Below, one piece after another: positions 9,864 through 21,116 of a stretch of 64,000 bases of DNA (the first letter of the stretch is position 1; the number at the start of each line of letters is the position of its first letter). The DNA is from an uncultured Fibrobacteria bacterium (GTDB taxonomy: Bacteria; Fibrobacterota; Fibrobacteria; UBA11236). The position numbers and the translations under genes were made by a program. The stretch lies in NCBI GenBank assembly GCA_963716395.1, contig OY970309.1:192001-256000 (forward strand), given 5' to 3'. Below the pieces are notes generated by a model. It ran no database searches, was not told the DNA's origin, and worked only from the letters and a program-made list of their open reading frames with translations.

Positions 9864-12056
9864 TTAGATCTCGACGGAAAGGCCGAGATACAGGTGACGC
9901 CCGTCGGCGGGCTCGAGGCCGCCGAACAAAACGCGCGAATAGTATTTCCGATCGGTGAGATTCGACACGCTTCCGATCAGGCGAAAGTGCGGGCGCAACC
10001 AATAGTCGACTCCCAAATCCACCACGGTGTAGGCGGGAATGGTGGCCGGCGCATTCGACCCGGCCAGGGGCCGGTCGCTGTCTTGCACGTATTGCCACCC
10101 GACCGAAAGCACGGACAACCCCACCTTATAGGCGCGCTGCTTGATCCATTCCAGCCCGCCGCGCAGAATGTATTTGGGCGCATACCCCGGCGTATTGCCG
10201 ACCGGGATGGCGGGACTGATGCTCTTCACGAATTCGGCGTCGAGCGCATTGCCGTTGAAGAACAGGTTCAAGTGCGCGGCCGCGGGTCCGCCGAAGGCGG
10301 ACGGCTCCAGCCGCAGCAAATCGTAGTCGGTTTCGACTTCGAGGCCGCGATGGCGGGTGTCGCCGGTGTTGACGTTGATGACGTCGCCGCCCGCACCCAC
10401 CGACTGCGATTCGATGCGGTTCCAGTAATACGCCGCATAGAGGCTGGCGTCATAATAAAGCCCGAGCAGCGGCCAACCGTGCACACCGGCCTCGTACGTC
10501 AGCGAAGTCGAAGGGTCGGGGCTGTTGCCGTCGGGCAAAGTGCCGGTCCGCGTCGGCGCGACGTCGAGATAGCGCAGCGGCCGGTAGCCCTGCGACACGT
10601 TGAAATAGGTTTCGTTGCCGCGGCCGAAGTCGTTGCCGAGCCCAATCCCGAACAGCGGCACGGTGCGCCCGAACGACCGGTTGACCGTATAGCGCGAGCC
10701 GACCCCGCCGGGCGGCAAAGGCTCGTCGATGTCGAGAATCTCATGTTCGAGGCGCACCGACGGCACCACGTGGAAGCGGCCGAAGCGAAACACGTTTTCG
10801 GCGAAGAACGCCCCGTAACGGGTGTAACGGTTCTGATCCAGAGTTTCCGTGCCGGAATGATCATTTCCAGACGCGCCCAGATTGGTGGTGGTATATTGCA
10901 GGCGCGGATCGTCGGACCCATAGAGTACGAAACCGGCCGTAGCCGCATTACCGCGGCCCCAACGCAGGCGTGCGCGGGTATCGAGGCCCGCGAAGCGAAA
11001 GGCTTGGTCGACCAAGCCCACCGTGGTGGGACCGTTGGCATTGCGCTCGGCCTGATCGTGGTAGCCGCCCCACAGCTTGCTTTCGATCAGCCAGTGCGGA
11101 TCGGGCGCGGCGCGGTACTGGACCAGGGCGGTGTAGCGCTGCACCCAATCATGGTCATACGGCGTGGTGGTTTGAAAGGGATCGGCCGTGAATTGCGAAT
11201 CGCTCATGCGCCCCGCTTCGCCGTCGTCGGCTTCGTAAGCATGCAGGTCGAGGCCGAGGTATTGCGCGGGAGTGAGCTGATACCCGAAATGGAGATCGCC
11301 GCCTTTGACGCCATACTGGCCGTTGTTGCGCTCGCCGTCGGAGCGGCGGTAGTCGACGTTGGCGCGGTAATCCCAATGGCCCCGGGTTTCGGACAGGGTG
11401 TTGAAGGTCGAAAAGAACGCGTCGGTGCCGAACACGTTTTCGGAATAGCCGGCAATGGGCTGCGCGCGATCGGGAAGCCGGCTCACGTAATTGAGCACGG
11501 GTCCCGCGCCCGGGCCATAGAGCAGCGCCGCGCCGCCGCGAATGAGCTGAATCGACGCAATGCTCTGCGGCGGCGGAAAGTAATACTGGGTGGGAAATCC
11601 AATCCAATCGCTGGCCGTGGGCACGCCGTCCTGCAAGACCAGCAACAGTTCCGACTCCTGCGTGCCCAGGGCACCGCTGCCGCCGATACCACGGTAGTTG
11701 ATATTGAGCTGGCCGGGACTCTGCTGCTCGGCGATGAGCAGACCCGGCATGCGCGCATACAAGGTGCGGGGATTGGCGTCGATGACCGTGGGCTGATCGT
11801 CGAGATGGATCACGGTATTCTTCCTGGTGACCGTGATTTGGGTGCCGTTCACCTCGGGCAAGAGGTGTGCGTAACGCGTTTGCTGGTTGAAGAGCCAGGG
11901 CTTGCTCTTCACCGCCATCGGCTCCAACTGGTTGACCATCGTGTCCTGCGGCAAAGCCGGCGCCGATTCGGCCGGCATCGCGGCCGTATCGCCGCCCCAC
12001 GCCACGATCCGCACCCAGAGCAAGGATGCCGCCCACCAATGCGTCACGTACCGCAT
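9864..12056 (-). CDS. TonB-dependent outer-membrane receptor (FecA-like)
   Basis: Plug motifs LQDGVP and IRGGAALLYG, beta-barrel pattern, NLTDRKYY near the C-terminus. GGAGG RBS before ATG 12056. Confidence 0.88.
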   Translation of the reverse strand: MRYVTHWWAASLLWVRIVAWGGDTAAMPAESAPALPQDTMVNQLEPMAVKSKPWLFNQQTRYAHLLPEVNGTQITVTRKNTVIHLDDQPTVIDANPRTLYARMPGLLIAEQQSPGQLNINYRGIGGSGALGTQESELLLVLQDGVPTASDWIGFPTQYYFPPPQSIASIQLIRGGAALLYGPGAGPVLNYVSRLPDRAQPIAGYSENVFGTDAFFSTFNTLSETRGHWDYRANVDYRRSDGERNNGQYGVKGGDLHFGYQLTPAQYLGLDLHAYEADDGEAGRMSDSQFTADPFQTTTPYDHDWVQRYTALVQYRAAPDPHWLIESKLWGGYHDQAERNANGPTTVGLVDQAFRFAGLDTRARLRWGRGNAATAGFVLYGSDDPRLQYTTTNLGASGNDHSGTETLDQNRYTRYGAFFAENVFRFGRFHVVPSVRLEHEILDIDEPLPPGGVGSRYTVNRSFGRTVPLFGIGLGNDFGRGNETYFNVSQGYRPLRYLDVAPTRTGTLPDGNSPDPSTSLTYEAGVHGWPLLGLYYDASLYAAYYWNRIESQSVGAGGDVINVNTGDTRHRGLEVETDYDLLRLEPSAFGGPAAAHLNLFFNGNALDAEFVKSISPAIPVGNTPGYAPKYILRGGLEWIKQRAYKVGLSVLSVGWQYVQDSDRPLAGSNAPATIPAYTVVDLGVDYWLRPHFRLIGSVSNLTDRKYYSRVLFGGLEPADGRHLYLGLSVEI

Positions 12057-12262
12057 CGACCCTCCTGCGCTTTCGAAAGAGTGGATTCGGGCCCAGAAAA
12101 AGAACGGGGAAAATCTAATCGCCGATCGAGTAAATTGAGACTTCTTCTCAAAATGGGCGGCCAACGCGCTTCGCCAGAGAACATGCGGAGTGCGAAAATT
12201 CACACCGGCGCCGCAGAACGGGTGTTAAAATTTCGGCTTCACCACTCTCCCGGAGGCGAAAA

Positions 12263-12958
12263 ATGGATAGACCCGCGCTGTTAGCCACCAATATTCAGAA
12301 CGAACAATTCGCCGGCTTCACCTATCACCTCGAAGGCGAGCTGGTACCGTCGCTCACCGTCGAATTGGGGCCGGATCAGTCGATTTATTTCGAGCACCAC
12401 GTGCTGTTGTGGAAGCATCCGGCCATCCGCATCGGCGTGCGGCCCATGAAGGGCGCGCTCAAACGCATGATCGCCGGCATTCAGATCTTCGTCACCGAAG
12501 CCAGCGGACAGGGCCAAATCGCCTTCAGCCGCGACGGCGCGGGCCATCTCTTCGGCGTGCACCTGCGACACGGCGAAGAACTGCACGTGCGCGAGCATCA
12601 ATTTGTGGCGGCCACCGGCAACATTCAATATTCCTTCGAACGGGTGAAGGGCGTGGGCAATATGCTGTTCGGAGGAACCGGGTTCTTCATCGACAAATTC
12701 CACGCGCCCGACGGCGACGGCATTCTCTGGCTGCACGGTTACGGCAATGTCTTCGAAAAGGTGCTGGAAGCCGGGGAACAAATCGACGTGGAGCCCGGGG
12801 GCTGGCTCTACAAAGACACGCGCGTGCGCATGGAAACCAATGTGCAGAACATCTCCACGGGATTGTTCGCCAGCTTCAATTTCATCACCAACCGGTTCAC
12901 AGGCCCGGGCAAGGTTGGCCTCCAATCCATGTATCTGCATTTGGCCAGCGAGGAGTGA
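12263..12958 (+). CDS. AIM24-family protein
   Basis: LFGGTGFF, G.LWLHGYG, C-terminal FTGPGKVGLQS. Confidence 0.8.
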   Translation: MDRPALLATNIQNEQFAGFTYHLEGELVPSLTVELGPDQSIYFEHHVLLWKHPAIRIGVRPMKGALKRMIAGIQIFVTEASGQGQIAFSRDGAGHLFGVHLRHGEELHVREHQFVAATGNIQYSFERVKGVGNMLFGGTGFFIDKFHAPDGDGILWLHGYGNVFEKVLEAGEQIDVEPGGWLYKDTRVRMETNVQNISTGLFASFNFITNRFTGPGKVGLQSMYLHLASEE

Positions 12959-12986
12959 GGGCCGGATTTGTTAATTTCACCCTCAG

Positions 12987-13062
12987 GCGGATTTAGCTCA
13001 GTTGGTAGAGCTCTTGCTTCCCAAGCAAGTGGTCGTCGGTTCGAGTCCGATAATCCGCTCCA
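12987..13062 (+). tRNA. tRNA-Gly(CCC)
   Basis: Cloverleaf: acceptor GCGGATT/AATCCGC, D-arm GCTC-AGTTGGTA-GAGC, anticodon arm CTTGC-TTCCCAA-GCAAG, T-loop TTCGAGT, encoded CCA. Confidence 0.97.
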
Positions 13063-13111
13063 CTTCGTCCATTAGTTGTCATCCAGTTGGGTCTTACCGC
13101 CAGGCGCGGCT

Positions 13112-13822
13112 TCAGACTGAAGCCGGAATATCGATCACCAGCACTTCGGCGTCGGCACCGGCCTTGAGGGTCAGAATCTTTTCACCGGTGACTTCGGCAC
13201 CGTCTCCCGGCTTCAACACCGCGTCGTTCGCGGTAAAGGTTCCCACCGAAGCCAGCACATAGGCCTGGCCGCGGATGGGCTGGCGTATTTCGGAAGCCGC
13301 CGCCAACCGACCGCCATACACGGCCGCATCCTGGAAAATGAAAAGCGCGCCTTTGGCGACGTCGTCTTCGCGGCCCGACACCAATACCGGCAGAGGCCCG
13401 CTGCGCACGACGGCTTTGGGAAACTCACGCGCCTCCCAACGCGGCTTTACATTGTTGCGATTGGGAATAATCCAGATTTGATAGAAAAGCGTGTCCTCGC
13501 TTTCGAGGTTATGTTCGGAATGCAGGATGCCGGACCCCGCGCTCATCACCTGCACGTCTCCCGCCTCCGTGCGGCCCACATTGCCCATGCTGTCTTTGTG
13601 CGTGATGGCCCCTTGGCGCACATAGGTGATGATTTCCATGTTGTCATGCGGATGGGTGCCGAAACCGGTGCCGGGTGCGACCTTGTCGTCATTCACCACC
13701 CGCAGCGCACCGAACTGGACGCGGTTCGGATTCCAGTAGGCGGCGAAACTGAAGTGATGATGCGTATCCAACCACCCGTGATCGGCATGGCCGAGTTGGT
13801 CAAAGGAGTAAAGCCGGATCAT
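13112..13822 (-). CDS. Pirin family protein (YhhW-like)
   Basis: HGWLDTHHHFSFA, GFGTHPHDNMEI, HKDSMGN, MSAGSGILHSE. Confidence 0.93.
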   Translation of the reverse strand: MIRLYSFDQLGHADHGWLDTHHHFSFAAYWNPNRVQFGALRVVNDDKVAPGTGFGTHPHDNMEIITYVRQGAITHKDSMGNVGRTEAGDVQVMSAGSGILHSEHNLESEDTLFYQIWIIPNRNNVKPRWEAREFPKAVVRSGPLPVLVSGREDDVAKGALFIFQDAAVYGGRLAAASEIRQPIRGQAYVLASVGTFTANDAVLKPGDGAEVTGEKILTLKAGADAEVLVIDIPASV

Positions 13823-14073
13823 ATTCCCATCCTAAGAGAGTTTAGGGATAGCCAAGCGTGCGCCGCGTGCTTTCGCCCGGCCGCGAATTCTGTCCGCTGG
13901 GCGGAACGGCAACAAAGTAGTCACCGCCGCAACCGGACTCGGATCGTCAGGTCCGGGGGCTATTCCAAAAACAGGCGTGGTTACGCAGGAATGCGGTGAA
14001 GGAATGACGATTCGTGACAGATTGAAACATTGTTGTATGCATGGTATAGTCAGGGGGTTTTGGAAATCCCGCC

Positions 14074-14514
14074 ATGAAGGGCTTATTTCTGATCTTAGGT
14101 TCGGGATCATGCCGTTACGCTCTTCCCGCGGCGCAAGTGCTGGAAATTTTCCGGCCTTTGCCCGCCGAATCTCTAGCTGACACTCCCTCCTTTGTGTTGG
14201 GACTGGCTGTGATTCGCGGCGCGCCGGTGCCGGTGGTGTCTTTGTCGGCTCTGATGGGGGAAAGTAAAGCCGTCTCCCCGGCCCGGTTCGTGACCCTGCG
14301 ATGCGAGCACCGGACCGTAGCCTTGGCCGTGGAAGCGGTGCGTGGCCTCGCCGCCTTGGAGCCCGCGCAGTTGGAGGAATTGCCGCCGCTGCTGGGACCG
14401 ACTCGAGGTGTGGTGGAGGGGGCGGGCGTGATCGATGCCGGCCTTCTGCTCTTGCTGACCACGGCCCGAATCATTCCCGAAACGATTTGGGAGAAATGGG
14501 AGCGGGCCACGTGA
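14074..14514 (+). CDS. cheW: CheW-like coupling protein
   Basis: VLEI.RP, VLGLAVIRGAPVPVVSL; first gene of a chemosensory operon. Confidence 0.88.
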   Translation: MKGLFLILGSGSCRYALPAAQVLEIFRPLPAESLADTPSFVLGLAVIRGAPVPVVSLSALMGESKAVSPARFVTLRCEHRTVALAVEAVRGLAALEPAQLEELPPLLGPTRGVVEGAGVIDAGLLLLLTTARIIPETIWEKWERAT

Positions 14515-16016
14515 CGCCGCTCGAACCGGGACACCGTGAAACGTTCCGTGTGTTTGTGGCGCAGAGGTTGGGGTTGCAGTTCGATGATTCCAAGCGCGAT
14601 TTTCTCGAAGACGCGTTGCGCCTGAGGGCCGAGGCCACCGGAGGGGACGTCGCGTCTTATTTGCGGGCCCTGGAAGCCGGTTCTGCGGCGGAAGAAATCG
14701 GTAAGTTGGCCGAATTACTGACGGTAACGGAAACCTTTTTCTTCCGCAACGGGGATCATTTCCGCGCCTTGATCGAAGCTGTCTTACCCGAAAGGATGCG
14801 GGCGCGTGCGGCCGTGCGCCGCCTGCGGCTGCTGTCGGCCGGGTGCGCGTCGGGAGAAGAGGCCTACACCTTGGCCATGGTGCTGCGGGATCACTTTCCC
14901 GAACTGGCAGCGTGGGACGTGCGCATTGTAGCGGTAGACATGAATCCGGCCATGCTCGAAAAGGCCGCGGCGGGGATCTATTCCCCTTGGGCGTTGCGCA
15001 GCACCGCCGCGCCCGTGATCGCGCGCCACTTCCGTCCCCGCGGCCGCCATTTTCAAATCGCCGCCGGCATTCAGGCCACGACGGATTTTGCCGCGTGCAA
15101 CCTGGCCGACCCCGAAGCGGATTTCTGGAAGGCGCGCCACGGCTTCGACGTGGTCTTCGCGCGCAACATGCTCATGTATTTCACGCCCGAGGCCTCCCGG
15201 CGCTGCGTGGCCCGTCTGGCCGCGAGCATGGTACCCGGTGGTTATTTGTTTTTGGGCCACGCCGAAACCCTGCGCGGTTTGTCGCAGGATTTCCACCTGC
15301 GTCACACGCATGATACCTTTTATTATCAACGCCCCGACGGCGACGCCCTCCCCTCGTCCACCTTTGCGGTCACGCATTCCACGCCGCCGGCTTTCGAGCC
15401 TCCGGCATGGAACGGATCGGACGCGTGGGTGGAAGTCATCCAGCGCGCCTCGGATAGAATCGCCGGTCTCGCGGCCCGCACGCCGGCGGCGGCCCCCGCA
15501 ACCCCGGCGGCGGCGCCGGCCTGGGATTTGAGCCTGGCCTTGGATTGCCTGCGGCGCGAGCGCTTCGCCGAGGCCCTTGAAGCCTTGCGGCGCCTGCCCA
15601 TCGAAGCCGCGGACGATCCCGACGCCCAGCTTTTGCGCGCGGTGCTGCTGACCAATATCGGCGAGCGGGCCGAGGCTGAATCCGTCTGTCGCAGCCTGTT
15701 GCGGGCGGATGAGATGCACGCGGGTGCCCATTACCTGATGGCGCTGTGCCGCGAATTGGCCGGCGACCGTGCGGCGGCCGCAGAACACGATCGCGCCGCC
15801 GTGTACCTCGACCCGGCCTTCGCCATGCCCTGGCTGCATCTGGGCCTTTTGGCCAAGCATGCCGGGCGCGCGGAAGAAGCGCGCCACCATTTGGATCAAG
15901 CGCTGGCACTGCTGGCCACGGAAGACCCCGCACGCATCCTGCTGTTCGGCGGAGGCTTCGGCCGCGAAGCCCTGGCCCAGCTTTGCCGCAGCGAAAGCCG
16001 GAGCGACGAGTCCTAA
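14511..16016 (+). CDS. cheR: CheR methyltransferase with C-terminal TPRs (WspC-like)
   Basis: TVTETFFFR, SAGCASGEEAY, RNMLMYF, GYLFLGHAE and TPR tail. GTG start overlaps the cheW stop. Confidence 0.9.
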   Translation: MTPLEPGHRETFRVFVAQRLGLQFDDSKRDFLEDALRLRAEATGGDVASYLRALEAGSAAEEIGKLAELLTVTETFFFRNGDHFRALIEAVLPERMRARAAVRRLRLLSAGCASGEEAYTLAMVLRDHFPELAAWDVRIVAVDMNPAMLEKAAAGIYSPWALRSTAAPVIARHFRPRGRHFQIAAGIQATTDFAACNLADPEADFWKARHGFDVVFARNMLMYFTPEASRRCVARLAASMVPGGYLFLGHAETLRGLSQDFHLRHTHDTFYYQRPDGDALPSSTFAVTHSTPPAFEPPAWNGSDAWVEVIQRASDRIAGLAARTPAAAPATPAAAPAWDLSLALDCLRRERFAEALEALRRLPIEAADDPDAQLLRAVLLTNIGERAEAESVCRSLLRADEMHAGAHYLMALCRELAGDRAAAAEHDRAAVYLDPAFAMPWLHLGLLAKHAGRAEEARHHLDQALALLATEDPARILLFGGGFGREALAQLCRSESRSDES

Positions 16017-16546
16017 TGCCGGCCGCCTCGGATTACGCCGAAAAAGCCCGTGTTCTGAAGGAGGAGTTCGATCACTCCTTTTCGCTTCCGGTGCGCGCGG
16101 CCGGATCCGACACCGAAGACATGCTGGCCGTGCGCGCGCGCAGCCGTTACGCCCTACGCATACGGGAAATCGGCGGCCTGTGGGGAATGCGTAAAATCCT
16201 GCCGATGCCGGGTGCGCCGGCCGCCTTTCTGGGTTTGTGCGGAATTCGCGGTTTGGTGGTGCCGGTGTGGGATTTGGGCGCGCTGCTCGGACATGAATCC
16301 GCTCACGGCGAACAGCGCTGGCTGATCGGCGGTCCCGGCGCAGCCCCATGGGCGCTGGCCTGCGAGGAATTCGAAGGATACTTTCGCGTGCCCCGCGCCG
16401 AGGTGCACACCGCCGCCGGCGGGACCGGCGCTTTTTCCGAAGAGAGTTGTCCGCTCGGCGGCATCAGCCGCCCGGTGCTGCGGTTGCAGCAAGTACTGGA
16501 AGCGGTGCGGAGAATTTCCCCATCATCCCTGACAAGGAGGGCCTGA
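16016..16546 (+). CDS. cheW: Second CheW-like protein
   Basis: [26 protein letters not shown]; TAATG coupling to cheR. Confidence 0.85.
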   Translation: MPAASDYAEKARVLKEEFDHSFSLPVRAAGSDTEDMLAVRARSRYALRIREIGGLWGMRKILPMPGAPAAFLGLCGIRGLVVPVWDLGALLGHESAHGEQRWLIGGPGAAPWALACEEFEGYFRVPRAEVHTAAGGTGAFSEESCPLGGISRPVLRLQQVLEAVRRISPSSLTRRA

Positions 16547-16548
16547 TC

Positions 16549-18033
16549 ATGCGCAATTCCTGGACCTTTGGAAAAAAAGTGGCGGCGGGTTTCGCCGCCG
16601 TGGTGCTGATCGCCGTTCTGGCCGGGTTGGTTTCCATCGATAAGCTTGAGAACGTGGTGGAGGCGAAGGATCGCGTGCTCGACACCAATGCCCGCAACAT
16701 GGTCGACGGCGAAAACCTGCGGGCGGCCGCCGAATGGCAGGTGGCCGCCTTGCGGGGATTTCTGCTGGCCCGCGACGAAAAATTCGTCAAAACGGCGCAG
16801 GACGCGCAGCAGGAATTCGCCGAAGTGCTGCAACGACTGGATGCGCGCGCCACCACCGACGAAGGCCGCCAAATGCTGCAGGCGATTCGCCAAAGCGACG
16901 GCGAATATCAGGCCGCCGGCGACAAGCTCGTCGCTTTGCGCCGCACCGACTCCAAACTGGATGCGGTGGAGCAGATCTTTGAGCAGGAATTGCAGCCGCT
17001 GCGCGACCAACTCAAAGCGAAGATCCAGCAATTTCTCGACCGCGAAGGCCAGCAGTTGCTCGCGGGAAAGCAGACGTCGAACCGCACCGCGGAAAACGCC
17101 GTGCGGCTGCTGATCGGCATGCTGGTACTGACCGCGCTGCTGGCCGTGGGCGTGGCGGTTTTTCTGACCCGCACCCTGACGCGCCAAATCGGGGCCGCCG
17201 TGCATCACGTGCAGAGTTCGTCTTCGGAATTGCAAGCGGCGGCCAACCAGCAATCCACGGGCGCCAAGGAGCAGTCCACTTCCATGAACGAGATCTCCAC
17301 CACCATCAGCGAATTGCTGGCAACCTCGCGGCAAATCGCCGAAAGCTCCCAGCGCGTGGCGCATATCGCCGGCGAAACCGCGCAGGCCGCGGGCCAGGGT
17401 GATCTCACCGTGCAGAAAACCCAGGAATCCATCGCCGCCATCCGTCGCCAGGTCGACGTCATTGTGACCCACATGCTCGACTTGGGCCGCAAGTCGCAGC
17501 AGATCGGCGGCATTCTGGAAATCATCAATGAGCTGTCGGAACAGACCAATATTCTGGCCATCAACGCCTCGGTCGAAGCCGCGGGCGCGGGTGAGTCGGG
17601 ACGCCGCTTCGGCGTGGTGGCCGACGAAATCCGCAAACTCGCCGATCGCGTGGGCGGATCCACCAAGGAAATCCGCTCTCTGATCGAAGAGGTACGCACG
17701 GCCGTAAACACCACGGTGATGGCCACCGAAAGCGGCGCCAAGGCCGCGGAGTCGGGGACCCGGCAATTCGCCGAAGTGGCTTCGGCGTTCCAACGCATTG
17801 CGGGGCTGGTGGGCACATCGACCGAAGCGGCGCGCGAAATCGAACTTTCGACCAAGCAACAAGCCACGGCCGTCGAACAGGTGAACGTGGCCATCTCGAA
17901 TGTGGCCCAGGCCACCAAGGAAACCGAAGCCAGCTCCAGCCAGACCCTGCAAACCGCGATGCAACTCACCGCGTTGTCCCGCGAGCTGGGGCGGATTGTG
18001 CAGGCTTCCCCCGAACTTGCCGCGCGGGTTTGA
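16549..18033 (+). CDS. Methyl-accepting chemoreceptor with 2 TM helices and a CHASE3-like periplasmic domain
   Basis: [40 protein letters not shown]; AAGGAGG RBS. Confidence 0.93.
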   Translation: MRNSWTFGKKVAAGFAAVVLIAVLAGLVSIDKLENVVEAKDRVLDTNARNMVDGENLRAAAEWQVAALRGFLLARDEKFVKTAQDAQQEFAEVLQRLDARATTDEGRQMLQAIRQSDGEYQAAGDKLVALRRTDSKLDAVEQIFEQELQPLRDQLKAKIQQFLDREGQQLLAGKQTSNRTAENAVRLLIGMLVLTALLAVGVAVFLTRTLTRQIGAAVHHVQSSSSELQAAANQQSTGAKEQSTSMNEISTTISELLATSRQIAESSQRVAHIAGETAQAAGQGDLTVQKTQESIAAIRRQVDVIVTHMLDLGRKSQQIGGILEIINELSEQTNILAINASVEAAGAGESGRRFGVVADEIRKLADRVGGSTKEIRSLIEEVRTAVNTTVMATESGAKAAESGTRQFAEVASAFQRIAGLVGTSTEAAREIELSTKQQATAVEQVNVAISNVAQATKETEASSSQTLQTAMQLTALSRELGRIVQASPELAARV

Positions 18034-20061
18034 ATGACGCGAAAAGATCCGTATCAATATTTCCGCATCGAAGCGCGGGAACTGTGCGACGGCCTGAGCC
18101 GGGGCGTGCTGGAGTTGGAAAAGGCCGGCGCCTCCCGGGAATTGACGGCGCGCCTGTTGCGTCAGGCCCATACCTTGAAGGGCGCCGCGCGCGTGGTCAA
18201 GCTGGCCGGCGTGGCCGAACTCGCGCACGCGGTGGAAGATGCCTTGGCGCCTTATCGTGAAAGCGCCAACGCCGTTCCCCGCGACGCGGTCGACGGGCTT
18301 TTGAAATTGACCGACGCCCTCGCGGCCAGGCTGGTGGAACTCGACGCCCCGGCCGTTCCGTCAGCGCGTCCTGAGGCGCAGGCCGCGGCGCCCACGCCTC
18401 GATCCGGCACCGTGCGCCTCGAAGTGGGAGAAGTCGACACCGTACTCGAGCGGCTTTCCGAAGCGGCCACGGGTCTGGCGGCGCTGCGCGCCGCCGTTGC
18501 GGCGCTGCAGCCGGCGCGCCGTCTGGCACAGCGGCTGGCGGAAGAAGAAACGAACGGATCCGCCGCGAAACTGCGCGCGCCGGCGCAGGAGATCACCGCC
18601 GCCTTGGATCGCTTTTGCCGCGCGGCCCCCGTCGCTTTGGATCAAACCGAGCGCGAAGTGCTACAAGCGCATGAACGCGCCGGCCGCCTGCGTCTGTTGC
18701 AGGCCGGAGCCGGGTTCGACTTTTTGGAGCGCGCCGCGCGCGACGCCGCCGCGCTGTTGGGAAAGCAGGTGCGTTTCGAAGCCGTTGGCGGCGATCACCG
18801 CCTCGACGCTCCCGTGCTGTCGGCGCTGCAAGACGCCTTGCTGCACCTGGTACGCAACGCCGTGGCCCACGGGCTCGAGGCGGCAGCGGCGCGCGCGACC
18901 GCGGGCAAGCCCGCCGCAGGGTTAGTGCGCATCGAAGCGATGCGGCGCGGGGGTCGCGTTGTCTTTTCCTGCCGCGACGACGGGCGCGGCCTCGACACTG
19001 CCGCCATCCGCCGGGCCGCCATCTCCCGCGGCAAGCTGCCGGCTTCGGCGCCCGATCCCTTGGGCGTCGAAGCCGCCGCGCAACTGCTTCTGCGCGGAGG
19101 CGTGAGTACCACTGGCGAAGTCACCGAAGTCTCGGGACGCGGCGTAGGCCTGGACGCGGTGCGCGAAGCCGTGGAACGGCTGCACGGCGAAATCCGCATC
19201 ACCAGCGAACCGGAACGCGGCACCACAGTGGAAATCGAAGTGCCGTATTCCCTCTCCACTTTTCCGGCGCTGGCCGTGACCGTCGACGGCATTCCGGCCC
19301 TGATTCCCTTCGAGGGTGTGCGCCGCGCCGTGCGCATCGCCGACGCCGACGTGGCCCGATCTCCCGGCGGCGACACGGTGCGGTTCGAGTCGGCCGCCTT
19401 GCCTTTCCTGCCTTTGCGCGTCGCCTGGGGGCGCCCGCGGGACGGGGCCGGCGGCGCGCATCCGGCGGTGGTGGTGCAGGCGGCCGCAGGCATGGCGGTG
19501 GTGGCCGTGGATCAAATTCTGGGCGTGCGCGAAACCGTGGCCCGGCCGCTGCCGGAGTTGGCTCCCGCCGACGCCGTGGCGGCCGGCGCCGCCCTGGATG
19601 TGGAAGGCAACCCCTGCCTGGTGCTCGACCCCGAAGCCCTGGTGCGCGCGGCGCGCGCGCGGGGCGGCGAAAGCGCGGCTCCGGCGGCGCGGGAACGTCA
19701 ACCAATTCTGGTGGTCGACGATTCGCTGACCACGCGCATGCTGGAACAAAGCATCCTGGAATCGGCCGGCTACGCCGTCGAGGTCGCGGTTTCGGCCGAA
19801 GAGGGCTTGGCCAAGGCGCGCCGCAAGCGCTACGGGTTGTTTTTGGTCGACGTGGAAATGCCGGGCATGAACGGCTTCGAACTGTTGGAAACCTTACGCG
19901 GCGACGCGGCCCTGCGCGACATTCCCGCTTTGCTGGTGACCTCGCGCGCTTCGTCCGAAGATCGGCAACGGGGCGCCGCCGCGGGCGCGCGCGACTATAT
20001 CGTCAAAGGCGAATTCGATCAGGCCCGCCTGCTCGGGCGCATCCGGGAGTTGCTGGGATGA
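18034..20061 (+). CDS. cheA: CheA-type hybrid kinase (HPt-HATPase-CheW-REC; WspE-like)
   Basis: AHTLKGAAR, HLVRNAVAHG, DDGRG, SGRGVGLD, C-terminal VVDDS..DVEMP. Confidence 0.93.
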   Translation: MTRKDPYQYFRIEARELCDGLSRGVLELEKAGASRELTARLLRQAHTLKGAARVVKLAGVAELAHAVEDALAPYRESANAVPRDAVDGLLKLTDALAARLVELDAPAVPSARPEAQAAAPTPRSGTVRLEVGEVDTVLERLSEAATGLAALRAAVAALQPARRLAQRLAEEETNGSAAKLRAPAQEITAALDRFCRAAPVALDQTEREVLQAHERAGRLRLLQAGAGFDFLERAARDAAALLGKQVRFEAVGGDHRLDAPVLSALQDALLHLVRNAVAHGLEAAAARATAGKPAAGLVRIEAMRRGGRVVFSCRDDGRGLDTAAIRRAAISRGKLPASAPDPLGVEAAAQLLLRGGVSTTGEVTEVSGRGVGLDAVREAVERLHGEIRITSEPERGTTVEIEVPYSLSTFPALAVTVDGIPALIPFEGVRRAVRIADADVARSPGGDTVRFESAALPFLPLRVAWGRPRDGAGGAHPAVVVQAAAGMAVVAVDQILGVRETVARPLPELAPADAVAAGAALDVEGNPCLVLDPEALVRAARARGGESAAPAARERQPILVVDDSLTTRMLEQSILESAGYAVEVAVSAEEGLAKARRKRYGLFLVDVEMPGMNGFELLETLRGDAALRDIPALLVTSRASSEDRQRGAAAGARDYIVKGEFDQARLLGRIRELLG

Positions 20062-21116
20062 ACCGCCTCCGCGTGCTAGTGGTCGAAGATTCGCTGACCG
20101 TGCGCAAGCGCATCGTGGAAGTGCTAACGGCGCAGCCCGATTTTGAAGTCGTGGGCGAAGCCGCAGACGGCAAAAAAGGCATTGAACTTTGCCAAAGCCT
20201 GCGCCCCCATGCCGTCACGCTCGACATGATGATGCCGGTGCTGAGCGGGTTGGCCGCCACCGAATACATCATGGCCTATTGCCCCACCCCCATCCTGATC
20301 GTGTCGGCTTCAACCAATCGCGGCGAGTTGTTCAAAACCTACGATGCCCTGGCGGCCGGGGCGTTGGACGTGCTCGACAAGCCCACCGGCGCGGAGTCGG
20401 ACGCGGCCTGGGAGCAAAAACTGGTTTCCACGCTGCGCCTCATCGCACGCATCAAGGTGATCACGCATCCGCGCGCGCGCCTGAGCCGCCGCATGGCCGC
20501 ACCTCCAACCGCGCCGCCCGCACCGGCAGGCCGCACGGCGCGCGCCTGCGCCGTGGTCATGGGCGCGTCCACCGGCGGGCCGGGAGCCGTGCTGGAAATT
20601 TTGAAAAGCCTGCCGGCGACATTTCCGCTTCCCATTCTGCTCGTCATCCATTTGGGCAAAACCTTCGGGACCGCCTTCGCCGAATGGCTGGACGCCGAGT
20701 CTCCCTTGCGTGTGGCCTTCGCGCAAGACGGTGAACGCCTGCCGCCGCCCGGAACCGGCCGCGTAATTCTGGCCCCGCCCGATGAACATCTCGAAGTGCG
20801 CGACGGCCGCCTGTGGCGCAGCCGGGCTCCGGAGCGTTTTTCCTGCCGACCCTCGGTCGACGTGCTTTTCGAATCCGCCGCCCGCGAATTGGGGGCGGCC
20901 ACAGTAGGCTGCCTGCTGACCGGCATGGGGCGCGACGGCGCCGAAGGCCTGCTGGCGCTGCGCCGGGCCGGGGCCATGACGGTGGCGCAGGACGAGGAAA
21001 CCTGCGTGGTATTCGGCATGCCGCGCGAGGCCATTCTGCTCGGGGCCGCGGGCAAAATTCTCCCCTTGTCCGGCGTTGCGCCTTTTCTGATCGATGTGAC
21101 GCGAGAGCCCGCATGA
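20058..21116 (+). CDS. cheB: CheB methylesterase (REC plus CheB)
   Basis: GASTGG, VIHL, RPSVDVLF, TGMGRDGA, VFGMP. Confidence 0.95.
   Translation: MNRLRVLVVEDSLTVRKRIVEVLTAQPDFEVVGEAADGKKGIELCQSLRPHAVTLDMMMPVLSGLAATEYIMAYCPTPILIVSASTNRGELFKTYDALAAGALDVLDKPTGAESDAAWEQKLVSTLRLIARIKVITHPRARLSRRMAAPPTAPPAPAGRTARACAVVMGASTGGPGAVLEILKSLPATFPLPILLVIHLGKTFGTAFAEWLDAESPLRVAFAQDGERLPPPGTGRVILAPPDEHLEVRDGRLWRSRAPERFSCRPSVDVLFESAARELGAATVGCLLTGMGRDGAEGLLALRRAGAMTVAQDEETCVVFGMPREAILLGAAGKILPLSGVAPFLIDVTREPA

Noticed and set aside
9810-12284. Long antisense ORFs (also 16303-18228, 53497-55413, 44204-45859, 58586-59989)
   Set aside because: They are shadows of well-supported genes in high-GC DNA and contain no recognisable motifs.
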